DNA from: a virus
Reading direction: 5' to 3' (one strand)
DNA length: 64,000 bases
Virus record (IMG/VR): IMGVR_UViG_3300017963_000203
Span: 1 to 64,000 of that record
Made by a program: the position numbers and the translations under genes. Shown here one piece after another: positions 28,259-37,346 of this stretch (position 1 is its first letter; every line of letters starts with the position of its first letter). The notes below the pieces were generated by a model that made no database searches, had not been told where the DNA came from, and was given only the letters and a program-made list of their open reading frames with translations.

Positions 28259-28515
28259 CCGACCCGAACGCCGTCTTCGCACTTCTCGGAAATCTCGATG
28301 ATCGCCGCCGGAGTACGATGAACATGCTGAACCGAATCGTCGACGGAGAGCCGAGCGATCGTTCAGTTCTCGCCGAAGTGCTTCTGAATCACACTGCGAT
28401 CATGCGCGGTCAGCAGATCATCATCAGCCTTTTAACCGACCAAGGCTTGGCCACACGGAGTATGGCCAGGGACGCCCTGCCCGACTACCAAAAAGGGCAT
28501 GCTGATCAGTCATAA
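28255..28515 (+). CDS. hypothetical protein
   Basis: GGAGG RBS, ATGA-coupled to the ligase. Confidence 0.65.
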   Translation: MTDPNAVFALLGNLDDRRRSTMNMLNRIVDGEPSDRSVLAEVLLNHTAIMRGQQIIISLLTDQGLATRSMARDALPDYQKGHADQS

Positions 28516-28812
28516 GAAACTCGGTAGGAACCTTTCATTCATTCACAACTCTGTCGTGGCCCATAAGGGCTTAAAGGAAGCACCGTAGGGAGCACCAGGT
28601 TGACCGTCGATCAAGCAGCCGCTTGAGAGATGGGGTACGGGCCAAGGAGACGGGATACCTGATCGGCACGCGCAGCCGTGACGGGGAACCGACCTGCTTG
28701 GTCAAGGAGGGGTCAGCCGCCGAAACGTAAGACGTGTAGGCGGGATCGAGGTGTGCACGCCACGATCGGTTCCGGAAGAGACTCGATACCCGCGCGGATC
28801 GAGTTTCTTTTT
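28516..28812 (+). ncRNA. unidentified structured RNA (copy 2)
   Basis: Intergenic; TTGACC/GGTCAA, AAGCAG/CTGCTT, GTCGATCA/TGATCGGC; terminator GAGACTCGAT/ATCGAGTTTC + T5; motifs shared with copy 1. Confidence 0.6.
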
Positions 28813-28820
28813 ACTCAGCG

Positions 28821-28897
28821 AAAATCAAGTTCGTATTTTATATTTTCGTGGAAATTTTCACGAAAAGTCGATATGCTCAAAAACGACCCTTGATTTT
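28821..28897. promoter_or_regulatory. AT-rich nested inverted repeat (operator/promoter candidate)
   Basis: TTTTCGTGGAAA|TTTTCACGAAAA (28843-28866, one mismatch) inside AAAATCAAG...CTTGATTTT. Confidence 0.5.
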
Positions 28898-28914
28898 TCA
28901 CTCGGAGTGGTCAC

Positions 28915-29127
28915 GTGGAAAAGTACGGCGCAATTCAATGTCCGAAGTGCAAGAGCATGAATGTGATCGAGGAGGGTGCTGAGAAGATCGCGGTCGAGCA
29001 CAACGATCTGATCAAGACGGCCTCCGAGAACATGGGGGGCTCGTTCCTTTGCCAGGACTGCAAGCACAGATTCAGCAAGGTGACCGGGTCCGCCGCCTGC
29101 TTGCCGGACGAAAAGTCGGGCACCTGA
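28915..29127 (+). CDS. zinc-ribbon protein
   Basis: CPKC...CQDC; GGAG RBS before GTG. Confidence 0.7.
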   Translation: MEKYGAIQCPKCKSMNVIEEGAEKIAVEHNDLIKTASENMGGSFLCQDCKHRFSKVTGSAACLPDEKSGT

Positions 29128-29582
29128 TTCGTGTCCGCCTGTCCGACAGCACAAAGGATCTACTGGATCGAGTAAGCAGAGACTCGAGCCGGCCCCTCGT
29201 CGACATCGTTTCTGCCGCCGCCAAGAACTACCTCGAGAACCCCTCCTACTACAAGCCCCGCATCCTCGAATCTCAAGAAGAGCAACCCCACATCATCAGC
29301 GTCCGGGTGAGCAAGGGAGTCTCGGATTTCTTTCTCGATGAAGCTTTTGTCGCGCCCATCCGGGCGCGTCTTCATTTCATGGGCCTGGTCGTCGGCTTCT
29401 TTTTACGAAGATACCCGTACAGGGATCTCGTGACCGCACTCCATTCGTACGCCGACGTTATCGGGCCAATGCTGAGGGAGAGGCAGAATGGGAAATCTAA
29501 GCTCAAAACCACGCAAGACCCCGAAGATCATCCAACCCGGCGATCCCGACTACGCTCGTCTCGTAGGAACAGTCACCGATGA
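29049..29582 (+). CDS. ribbon-helix-helix DNA-binding protein (start uncertain)
   Basis: LIRVRLSDSTKDLLDRVSRDSSRPLVDIVSAAAKNYL and a second IISVRVSK strand. Confidence 0.55.
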   Translation: MPGLQAQIQQGDRVRRLLAGRKVGHLIRVRLSDSTKDLLDRVSRDSSRPLVDIVSAAAKNYLENPSYYKPRILESQEEQPHIISVRVSKGVSDFFLDEAFVAPIRARLHFMGLVVGFFLRRYPYRDLVTALHSYADVIGPMLRERQNGKSKLKTTQDPEDHPTRRSRLRSSRRNSHR

Positions 29583-29964
29583 GGATGTGGCGACGCTTCA
29601 AGAGAGCGTCGACCAGACCATCCACGGCGACGACATCTTCATCCCCTTCAAGAAGATGTCCCTGCGCCAGGGCGTCCTGGAGTACGGTGTGATCGAGATC
29701 GCACCGGACGTCTGCAAGCTCATCTTTCACTTCGAGAACGTCTCCAAGAACTTCGCCAATCAGCTTGGCCGGTTCTTCTGGGAGAAGGTACGCAGGAAGA
29801 TCATCACGGACGCGGACCTCATGGCCGGGGCATCCGTAGAGGCGGGTGAGAACCCCATCTTCAGAAGCAACTGGGACGTGACCATTCTCAACATCAGCGC
29901 TCTCGTCGCCCAGGCGAAGCTCAATCTCATCGTCGATAGTCTGAAAAAGGAGTTCCCTGTATGA
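29488..29964 (+). CDS. hypothetical protein
   Basis: GGAGAGG RBS; ATGA-coupled to the sigma gene. Confidence 0.7.
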   Translation: MGNLSSKPRKTPKIIQPGDPDYARLVGTVTDEDVATLQESVDQTIHGDDIFIPFKKMSLRQGVLEYGVIEIAPDVCKLIFHFENVSKNFANQLGRFFWEKVRRKIITDADLMAGASVEAGENPIFRSNWDVTILNISALVAQAKLNLIVDSLKKEFPV

Positions 29965-30923
29965 AAAAGACAAGCGCTGATTTCAGAGAGTACTACACGC
30001 AGTTTCGTGCCTATCCTCCTCTTCGCCCCACCGAGGAACGCCGCCTGCTGCACGTGATCAAAGGCCTGCAACCGCCAGTGGACTACGACGGCATGGAGCG
30101 AATGTGGGGAAAGCACAAGGAGAACGGGACCAAGGGCGCCATCGATGATCTGTGGCTCTCGCTCGACGAGAAGATGTGGGGCGTCAAACAGGAGAACCCA
30201 TTCCCAGTCAACGGAACCTGCCGGCGGCCAACGCGACAGGAAATGAAAGAGGCCCTCGAGCGTTTCGTCATGCACAACATGCGCCTGGTCCTGTCGAGAG
30301 TGCTGAAGTTCAGGCACCAGGAGGACCCAGACGTCATGGAGATCGTCTCCTACGGGACCGACGGTCTTTACCGAGCCATCGAGCTCTTCGACCTATCCCG
30401 CGGGACGAGGTTCTCCACCTACGCCGTCCACTGGATTGAGTCTCAGATCAGGAAAGGCCTCAAGTTCGTCGAAGGGCAGAAACCCCCTCTCCTGAAGAAA
30501 CTGACGAGCACGTTCAAGAGGGCCGAGAAAGACCTCACCACGGACGACGGCATTCGCCCGACGAACGAGGACGTGGCCGAGCACCTGAACTGGGGGCGAA
30601 AGACCCTGCACATCTACCAGACGTCAGGAATCTCCAATACGCCGATAGAGACCTTCGACCGCGAGGACGAATCGTGCGAACCCATACCCGATGACATCGT
30701 GCAGAGGGAGATTGTGAACGCTCTACACGACAACATGGGTGTTCTGGAGCCGTTCGAGGAGGACATCATCAGGAGGCACTACGGACTCGGCTACCCGGAG
30801 GAGACCCTACAGAAGCTGGCAGCCAGGTACGGCGTGACCAAGGAGCGCATCCGGCAGATTGAGAACGGCGGCCTCGAGAAGCTCTACATGGCCCTCCGCG
30901 CCTTCCGCGATCCGGACGATTAA
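29961..30923 (+). CDS. sigma-70 family RNA polymerase sigma factor
   Basis: Region 2 HNMRLV, GLYRAIELFD.SRGTRFSTYAVHWI; region 4 TLQKLAARYGVTKERIRQIE. Confidence 0.92.
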   Translation: MKKTSADFREYYTQFRAYPPLRPTEERRLLHVIKGLQPPVDYDGMERMWGKHKENGTKGAIDDLWLSLDEKMWGVKQENPFPVNGTCRRPTRQEMKEALERFVMHNMRLVLSRVLKFRHQEDPDVMEIVSYGTDGLYRAIELFDLSRGTRFSTYAVHWIESQIRKGLKFVEGQKPPLLKKLTSTFKRAEKDLTTDDGIRPTNEDVAEHLNWGRKTLHIYQTSGISNTPIETFDREDESCEPIPDDIVQREIVNALHDNMGVLEPFEEDIIRRHYGLGYPEETLQKLAARYGVTKERIRQIENGGLEKLYMALRAFRDPDD

Positions 30924-30954
30924 AAAGAAAGACGGGCCCCGAAGGACCCGTCTT
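30922..30954. terminator. terminator at the convergence of the two arms
   Basis: AAGACGGG...CCCGTCTT stem preceded by an A-run (U-tail on the - strand). Confidence 0.65.
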
Positions 30955-30995
30955 CCCACCGATGGAATCCAGCGTTCGGAGTCTGGATTTCTTAC

Positions 30996-31760
30996 CTACG
31001 CCGCCAGGCTGAGTTGCGTCCCCACGCTCACGAGCTGCACCGGGGCCACCTGGTCGAACTGCCCGTTCACGCCTTCCGCGATCACCACGTTGTTCGCGTC
31101 GACGCCCATCGAGTGCGCTTCGATGTAGCAGTCCTGGAGGTAGCATGCCCCGTACGGCCTGTTCTTCGCATCCTTGAAGATGACGGAGATCCCGAAGGGA
31201 ATCTGGAACAGGTCCGAGGCCAGGTTGATGAAGAAGTCCCGGTTGTCCTCGCCGGTCGCCCCGCCATAGCCCGGCGGGAGCAGGTACTTGCTCGGGAACA
31301 GATCCGCGTACAGGGGGGGCGTGACCAGGCCCGCGCTCTGGAGAGACGAACCGGTCGTGCCCTCGCGGATGAACTTGAACTCGTTCCCGCCGAAGCCCGG
31401 CCGGTTGGGCGCCAGGGAGTAGAGCAGCCTCATGAGGGACGGCCCGAAGAACATCACGCGGTTGATCTGGAAATTCGCCGCCAGACGCCCCGTGACGAAG
31501 TAGGCTCGCTTCGACCCGATCTCGAAGAGACGGGTAAGGAACCTGTTCTGGGCCATCATGAAGTTCTGCACGAGGCCGATCGGGTAGAGGTTGCTCTTCA
31601 CCGACTCGGGCGTGCTGTTTGCTCCGACCAGGTACTCGAGCCGCGCAGGACCTGCCAGGAGGAGGGTGGACTCGGCCGAGATGTACTCGCCATTGACCAG
31701 CTCCGCCTGAACGTGCTCTGCCGCCCAGTTCCAGTTCAGGAAATTCGTGCCTTCGGCCAT
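30996..31760 (-). CDS. tail tube protein (putative)
   Basis: PIGLVQN..Q.R.L.RLFEIGS...YF..G pattern; downstream of the sheath. Confidence 0.65.
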   Translation of the reverse strand: MAEGTNFLNWNWAAEHVQAELVNGEYISAESTLLLAGPARLEYLVGANSTPESVKSNLYPIGLVQNFMMAQNRFLTRLFEIGSKRAYFVTGRLAANFQINRVMFFGPSLMRLLYSLAPNRPGFGGNEFKFIREGTTGSSLQSAGLVTPPLYADLFPSKYLLPPGYGGATGEDNRDFFINLASDLFQIPFGISVIFKDAKNRPYGACYLQDCYIEAHSMGVDANNVVIAEGVNGQFDQVAPVQLVSVGTQLSLAA

Positions 31761-31781
31761 TTCCAGTCTCCTCCTCGGATG

Positions 31782-32006
31782 TTACTTGTTCATCTTCTTG
31801 AGAGTCTCGGCGAGACGCGCCCTCTTTCCGAGCTTCCCCGGGGCCTCAGCCGCCCGAGCCAAGGTCTTGGCCGGAATCTTCTTCCCCTGGGGAATGCCGA
31901 GCTGCTTGTGGAGTGCTCCGGGCTTCTTGATCGCCCGCTGGATCCACTTGCCCGCTCCTTGCTTCTCCAATTCGTCGAAGAAGCCGTAGATGAAAGGTGC
32001 GCTCAT
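31782..32006 (-). CDS. small basic virion protein with N-terminal tag
   Basis: FIYGFFDELEKQG then KWIQRAIKKPGALHKQLG..GKKIP...GKLGKRARLAETLKKM, a small basic phage protein type. Confidence 0.8.
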   Translation of the reverse strand: MSAPFIYGFFDELEKQGAGKWIQRAIKKPGALHKQLGIPQGKKIPAKTLARAAEAPGKLGKRARLAETLKKMNK

Positions 32007-32338
32007 CGGTTCCTCCCGAACCAGGTCTTGACTCGCTGAACGAGTCCGGGTTTCCGTTGCCGGAACGACGCGTATCTGCGCCGCATAGGCTTCAGCGACT
32101 TGATCCGTTTTCCAACGTCGCTTGCCATGCTCTTGGCCGACTCCATCACGGACCCGGACTCGATTGGTTTTTCCTCAGAACCACCCCCGGGGGTGGGAAC
32201 TACTTCGACCTGCGGAGCCTTCGTGTAGCCCCTGTATACCTCTTTCAGTTTACTCTGAAGGTCTCGAAGTTCCTTCTTTCCGAAGAACGCATTCTTCTCG
32301 AGCTCATCCAGAAATCCTGTTATGAAAGCTTCGTTCAT
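32003..32338 (-). CDS. tagged basic virion protein
   Basis: MNEAFITGFLDELEKNA tag; basic C-terminus. Confidence 0.75.
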   Translation of the reverse strand: MNEAFITGFLDELEKNAFFGKKELRDLQSKLKEVYRGYTKAPQVEVVPTPGGGSEEKPIESGSVMESAKSMASDVGKRIKSLKPMRRRYASFRQRKPGLVQRVKTWFGRNR

Positions 32339-33483
32339 CAGGCTGCCACGCCGCGACCCTGAATCTTCGCCGCGGTCCTCTTGGCCCACGGAATGGCTGC
32401 ACCCCACCCGCCACCGGGCGGCTTCGCTGCGGGAGGTGCGCCCACTCCTGCGCCGGCCGCAGCCCTGCCCAAGATGCCTGTGGGCTTCGACGGAGGAGTC
32501 CCGGTCGACGGTGTCGAGCCGATTCCCTTCGCCGCGCCCGCCATGACACCTGTGGGTTTCGCTGGCGCGCCGGCCGGACCGCCGCCGGGGCCAAACCTTC
32601 CGGCCGCGATGTTCCGTTCACGGATTTTTGCGCCTGCGGAAGCGACCGATGGAGCAGCGGGCTTCGCCAACGGTTTCGCCGGCGTGGCCGCATCGATCTT
32701 CCGGAACCTGGCCACGTCCTCACGGCCGCTGGCCCTCGCCGCGGCCCTGAGCTCGTTGCGACGCCGGATTTTCTTTCCGAGCGCAGCGAACGGATCGGCT
32801 TTCGGCTGGGCAGCCGCCGGAGGTGCCGTCTTCTTGGCCGCTTGAAGATCCTTCCAGCTCTTTGCTCCCCATCCGGACATGGGCCGGCTGCTGACCTTCT
32901 TTCCGGTATCGGCCACAGCCGGAGCCTTCTTGGGCTGCGCCACGGGAGGTGTGGCCTTCTTCGCTCCGATCTGGCGCGTGCCCACCCCCGGAATGGAGTA
33001 GGTGCCCTTTCCGGGCTTGCCCTTCCCCAGTCCGTGGCGCCCCATGATGCGCTTGGCACGCCCTGTCCGTACACGACCCACCGTGGCCTGGTCGGTTCCT
33101 TTGATGCGTCCGAAACGCAAGGAGCCGCCTTCAGCCGTGGATTTGAAGCCGCCGGTGCCTGTGGTCTTGCCGCCGGTGGCCAAGAGTTTCTTCGCGGCCG
33201 CCTGGCGAGCGCCGCCGATGCTGGCCTTGGCCCGGGACATGAACCGCTGCTTGGCCGCTCCGGAGAGATCCCGCCAGCCGGCGCTCTTCTCGAGCTCGTC
33301 GTAAAGGCCGGCGAAGAAGGCCTCCTCGAGGGAAGACATGGGGCCCTCTTCGTCCTCCGAAGCGAACTTGCTGAAGAACCCCGCCATGAAGATGTCCTCG
33401 GCGGTCGGTGCCGGGTCGGCGGGCGCGTCTGCCGCCTTCTCGAGCTCGTCCACGAGCCCACCCAGGAACACGTCGTAGTTCAT
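32338..33483 (-). CDS. Ala/Gly/Lys-rich virion protein with three N-terminal tags
   Basis: VFLGGLVDELEKAA, IFMAGFFSKFA, AFFAGLYDELEKSA then a low-complexity basic region. Confidence 0.8.
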   Translation of the reverse strand: MNYDVFLGGLVDELEKAADAPADPAPTAEDIFMAGFFSKFASEDEEGPMSSLEEAFFAGLYDELEKSAGWRDLSGAAKQRFMSRAKASIGGARQAAAKKLLATGGKTTGTGGFKSTAEGGSLRFGRIKGTDQATVGRVRTGRAKRIMGRHGLGKGKPGKGTYSIPGVGTRQIGAKKATPPVAQPKKAPAVADTGKKVSSRPMSGWGAKSWKDLQAAKKTAPPAAAQPKADPFAALGKKIRRRNELRAAARASGREDVARFRKIDAATPAKPLAKPAAPSVASAGAKIRERNIAAGRFGPGGGPAGAPAKPTGVMAGAAKGIGSTPSTGTPPSKPTGILGRAAAGAGVGAPPAAKPPGGGWGAAIPWAKRTAAKIQGRGVAA

Positions 33484-33492
33484 GTCGGCCTC

Positions 33493-36400
33493 TTAGATGT
33501 AGATGTAGACCTCGCCCTCGGCCGCGGAGACGTACGGGGTCACGCGGCACTTGATGATGAAGGTGTCCGGACGGTCCGGATCCTCCTCGATGCTCAGGAG
33601 CACGACGTCGCGCAGCTCCTTGTTCTGCTCGACCACGTCCTTCCGGACGGCCTCGAAGTTGTTGCTCACCAGGTCGAAGAAGGGCTCGTCAATCACGAAG
33701 GGCCCGAGCAGCGGCTTGAGCTGGCTTCGCAGCTTCCTGGCGAACGAGTCCACCTGGACCGCCACGTTGTCCTCGGCCTTGTAGATGTCGGTGACGTCCG
33801 TGGAGAGCGCCCGGATGGCGTAGGGTTCCAGGTCGTCGCCGTCGTGGATGATGTAGTAGTTCCCGCCGTCGATGATGATGTCCTGGTAGGCCTCGATGTC
33901 CCCCATGGGATCCAGGATGCGGTAGATGGAGCCCCTCTTGAATCCGGTCAGGGGCTGTTTGGGGTTCTCGTTGGACCGCTTCCCGGCCTCGATGACGGTG
34001 AGGTACTCGGCCCCCAGAGTGGCGATCTGGTCGCCGCCCCCGAAAGGCCCCGTAGTGGCGTCCTCGCCCGCGATCTCGTCCGTGAACCGCATCATGACCG
34101 TATCGGGCCAGATGTTCCGGAAGCGACGGTTGGGGATGCTCTGGGCGTAGGCCGCCTGCTGGTTGGCTCGCTCGAGCAGCGAGAGATTCTTGCTCTTGAT
34201 GTCCCACGAACTCGCGGTTCCGCTCGACGGAGAGGGCACCGTGGGGTCGGCCACGATCCGCATGGTGCTTTGCCCCGACGCCGGTGTGGATCCCTGGATC
34301 GAGATGATCCTGGCGTTGGTGATCGGGTAGTCCGTCGTTCCGTCGTTGAGCGTGCCATTGAAGACGTCGCCCACGACCACTCCGTAGCTCGTCAGATCAC
34401 GAGTGGTGGAGACGACGGTGGTGATCCCGGTGGCCGTCTTGCCGTAGGTGACCGCGTCGCCCAGACTCTCACTCGTACGCGTGGTCTGCACGACCTCCTT
34501 GTGGGAGAAGTAGGTGATCCGCTCCCGCTTCTCCTCGGGCTCGCTCATGAGCGACACGTGGGTCCGCAGGAGGGCCAGGACATCCTCCCTCTGGGTGAGG
34601 ACGATGGGGATGTAGACCTCGTCGCTCTCGGCGACCGTCAAGCCGTCCGTCCAGTCGGCCACGGTATCGTCCGTGACCTGGATGGCGAAGGCGCTCGCGC
34701 CCAGAACCGTGAAGAGAGTCTGGGCAGCCAGGGCCAGATCGTTGCCGGGGACCGGCGCCCCCAGAATGGCCTCGAAGTTGTTCTCGTCGATGGGCACCCG
34801 CTGGTTGAGGAGGTCGTTCCTCTTGGCCGCGTAGGTGCACAGGACGTCTCCCTGGAGAGGCGACCCGGTGACCGTCTTCTTGATCCGGTAGTTGATGTCC
34901 TGCCCCGTGTCGGGGAAGGTGACGGCGTTGATGAAGAGGCCCGCGTAGGCTCCCGCACCCGGAGACCCCACCAGCTCGTTCTTGACCGTGAGCTGTGTGT
35001 CCGAGTCCACCGAGATCACCTCGAGGATCGCGGCGTTCTGGTCCAGCACGTTGAACGCGAAGCGCGTGTCGCTCGCGGAGGCCGGGGGGTTGCCCGGGAT
35101 GATGTTCACCACGTCCAGCGTGCCTACGCCCGCCGGGTGCACCGTCACAACGGTGAAGAGCGTAGTCCCGGTGACTACGTCCTGGATCCAATCCCCCGGG
35201 ACCACCCCGGCCGTCGCGAAGTCCACGCCAGCGGCGGTGATCCGACGTTCGGTCGGACCGCCAGCACCGGTGCCCTCGGCGAGGTAGGAGCCGGCCGTGT
35301 TCCCCGTGATGCTGGTCGGCGTCCTGATCTCGTAGGAGACGAAGGACGGGTTGATGGCGGTGGCGGTGGGATTCGGATCGGTGCTGTCGTGCTGCGACAC
35401 GACCAGTTCCGTGGCTGAAGGCACCCCCTGAACGATGAAGATCGGCGGGTTCCCCACTCCCAGGTACGGGGCCGGTCCCGCCAGGTTGTCGATGATGATT
35501 TCGTCACCGATGGCGATCGGCGTAGCGAGAAAATTGGCCGTAGCATCGTGAAAAATCCTCTGACCGGCAGGAGGCGCGGGCTGTCCCCACGCAGCGACAC
35601 CGTCAGCGTCGTACTCACCAACCAGGGAAAAGATCCCTGGACCGAGATTCTTGGGCGCGCCGTAGCGCACAATGTCGTAGGGGACGCCAACGGCCGCGGC
35701 CGTCAGAGCCGGATTTGGCACCGGCAGCGTGACGATGTTCTCGCAGTCGTCGATGAGGATTTCGCTCGCCACGCTGTTGACCAGGAAGAAGGGAACCCAG
35801 TCTCCCAGAGCGTCCGCAGAGAAGATGATGTCGTTGGCGAGCACAGGACCCGCGGTGATGAAAAGAGCGGCCGCATCGGAGAAGGACCGACTCGTGGCCG
35901 GCGCTCCCGTCCCCGTCCCCACCGCTCCGTAATCGCCGCCCAGGACGCTGATGATGGCGTCCCAGCCGTCGATGGTGCACAGGTCGCCCACGTCCACACC
36001 GTTCTGCTCGAACTGCTGGTTCGAGCTGCTGAGGATGCGGAAACCGTAGGCGTCCTCCGCGCCGAGAACGGCGTCGGGCACCAGAGGGGTCACGGCCTTG
36101 TTCCGGCGCACCACGTCGAGCTGGCTGTCCGAAATGATGTTCACCACGTCGAAGGACGGGTAGTAACTCCCGTCCGAATGAAGCGTCTCGATGACGTCGT
36201 TCGTGGCGACCTCGGCGTCGATGAAGTCCTCCTCGGCGTCGGTGAAGTATCCCGACACGGCCGAATAGGCTCCGTCTTCCCCTTCCACGATGGTGAAGAC
36301 CACCGAAGCTCCGGCCGCAATGTCGAAATGCGGCGGGTCGGCCACGAAGTCGTAGGACAGGTCCGGTGAGAGGACCTCGCCCAGGCCGTAGTTGTTCGAG

Positions 36401-36669
36401 ATGAAGACGTGCGGCTCGAGGACGTCCGGGAACTCGAGAACATCCAGGACGGCTCCGGGCTGCTCCACCGTCGAGCCCGCGATGAGGTCGGGGAAGTAGT
36501 AGCGCTGGCCCGGCTGACCTCCGACGAAGGAACCGGCGTTTCCGCGCCAGACGAACTGGCGGTTCAAGCCGATGAGCGCCACAGGGAGATTCGTCGCGGG
36601 CACGATGGGTGCCTGCGTCTCGAAGATCTGGAAGACCGTGATGTCCGGTCGAAGGCCGCTCAGTGCCAT
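33493..36669 (-). CDS. contractile tail sheath protein
   Basis: 1058 aa; N-terminal RPDITVFQ...PVALIG; C-terminal IRALST...E.....VD...LG.F.I...D..RPD.....V.PY. Confidence 0.8.
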   Translation of the reverse strand: MALSGLRPDITVFQIFETQAPIVPATNLPVALIGLNRQFVWRGNAGSFVGGQPGQRYYFPDLIAGSTVEQPGAVLDVLEFPDVLEPHVFISNNYGLGEVLSPDLSYDFVADPPHFDIAAGASVVFTIVEGEDGAYSAVSGYFTDAEEDFIDAEVATNDVIETLHSDGSYYPSFDVVNIISDSQLDVVRRNKAVTPLVPDAVLGAEDAYGFRILSSSNQQFEQNGVDVGDLCTIDGWDAIISVLGGDYGAVGTGTGAPATSRSFSDAAALFITAGPVLANDIIFSADALGDWVPFFLVNSVASEILIDDCENIVTLPVPNPALTAAAVGVPYDIVRYGAPKNLGPGIFSLVGEYDADGVAAWGQPAPPAGQRIFHDATANFLATPIAIGDEIIIDNLAGPAPYLGVGNPPIFIVQGVPSATELVVSQHDSTDPNPTATAINPSFVSYEIRTPTSITGNTAGSYLAEGTGAGGPTERRITAAGVDFATAGVVPGDWIQDVVTGTTLFTVVTVHPAGVGTLDVVNIIPGNPPASASDTRFAFNVLDQNAAILEVISVDSDTQLTVKNELVGSPGAGAYAGLFINAVTFPDTGQDINYRIKKTVTGSPLQGDVLCTYAAKRNDLLNQRVPIDENNFEAILGAPVPGNDLALAAQTLFTVLGASAFAIQVTDDTVADWTDGLTVAESDEVYIPIVLTQREDVLALLRTHVSLMSEPEEKRERITYFSHKEVVQTTRTSESLGDAVTYGKTATGITTVVSTTRDLTSYGVVVGDVFNGTLNDGTTDYPITNARIISIQGSTPASGQSTMRIVADPTVPSPSSGTASSWDIKSKNLSLLERANQQAAYAQSIPNRRFRNIWPDTVMMRFTDEIAGEDATTGPFGGGDQIATLGAEYLTVIEAGKRSNENPKQPLTGFKRGSIYRILDPMGDIEAYQDIIIDGGNYYIIHDGDDLEPYAIRALSTDVTDIYKAEDNVAVQVDSFARKLRSQLKPLLGPFVIDEPFFDLVSNNFEAVRKDVVEQNKELRDVVLLSIEEDPDRPDTFIIKCRVTPYVSAAEGEVYIYI

Positions 36670-36670
36670 G

Positions 36671-37342
36671 TCACTTCACCTCATGGATTGGTTCATCCTC
36701 CCCGGGAAGGAAGAACTGGTACTCGAATCTGCCGAACCTCAAGGACTTCTTCACCACCCACCTGCTCGCCTGGTCCACGACCATCGAAACCGGGGTCAGG
36801 AACAAGTCGGCCTGTGAATCCGCCTTCACAACGATCGGCGCGCCCACTCTCGGGTCGCTCAGTTTCTGGACGTTGATCCGTTTCCGGATCTCCTCCTTGA
36901 AGTAGCGAATCAGACCTGTGACCGCCCAGGCCAGGTCCTCGGACTCTGTGTCCCGTCTCGAGATGCAGTTGAGGATCACGGGCATTTCGGTCATGTCCGC
37001 GTAGGTCTTCTTCTGCCCCAGGTACGAGACCGTGTTCTGCTTGCCACCGATTCCCAAGTTGAGGAAACCGAAGTCGCCTCGGCTCACGATGATCATGGGC
37101 CTCGGCTCCGTTTGCTCGAGCTCATCCGAGTAGGTGTCCGCCAAGACGAGCTTCGAGGCCGAAGAGATCTCCCCTTTCTCGAAGTCGAACACGAAGAGGA
37201 ACGGGTTCTTCCCGTCCAACAGCTCCGGCTCCGAGAAGGCACTCGCGAGGATCTGGAGGAGCACGCGCCGCGGGTACCGCAGAGGGTTGCCCACGGGCGT
37301 GGTCAGATCCTTTACCTCCGGAGTGCCAAACTTGGTCGTCAT
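36671..37342 (-). CDS. tail terminator/completion protein (putative)
   Basis: Directly upstream of the sheath; RPMIIVSRG, LNCISR..ESEDLA. Confidence 0.5.
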   Translation of the reverse strand: MTTKFGTPEVKDLTTPVGNPLRYPRRVLLQILASAFSEPELLDGKNPFLFVFDFEKGEISSASKLVLADTYSDELEQTEPRPMIIVSRGDFGFLNLGIGGKQNTVSYLGQKKTYADMTEMPVILNCISRRDTESEDLAWAVTGLIRYFKEEIRKRINVQKLSDPRVGAPIVVKADSQADLFLTPVSMVVDQASRWVVKKSLRFGRFEYQFFLPGEDEPIHEVK

Positions 37343-37346
37343 GGGC

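Noticed and set aside
32842-35418. Long opposite-strand ORFs (e.g. 858 aa here, 42022-44046, 61234-63576, 20189-21976, 5610-7229)
   Set aside because: Shadow frames of high-GC genes with strong codon bias; no RBS or recognisable motifs
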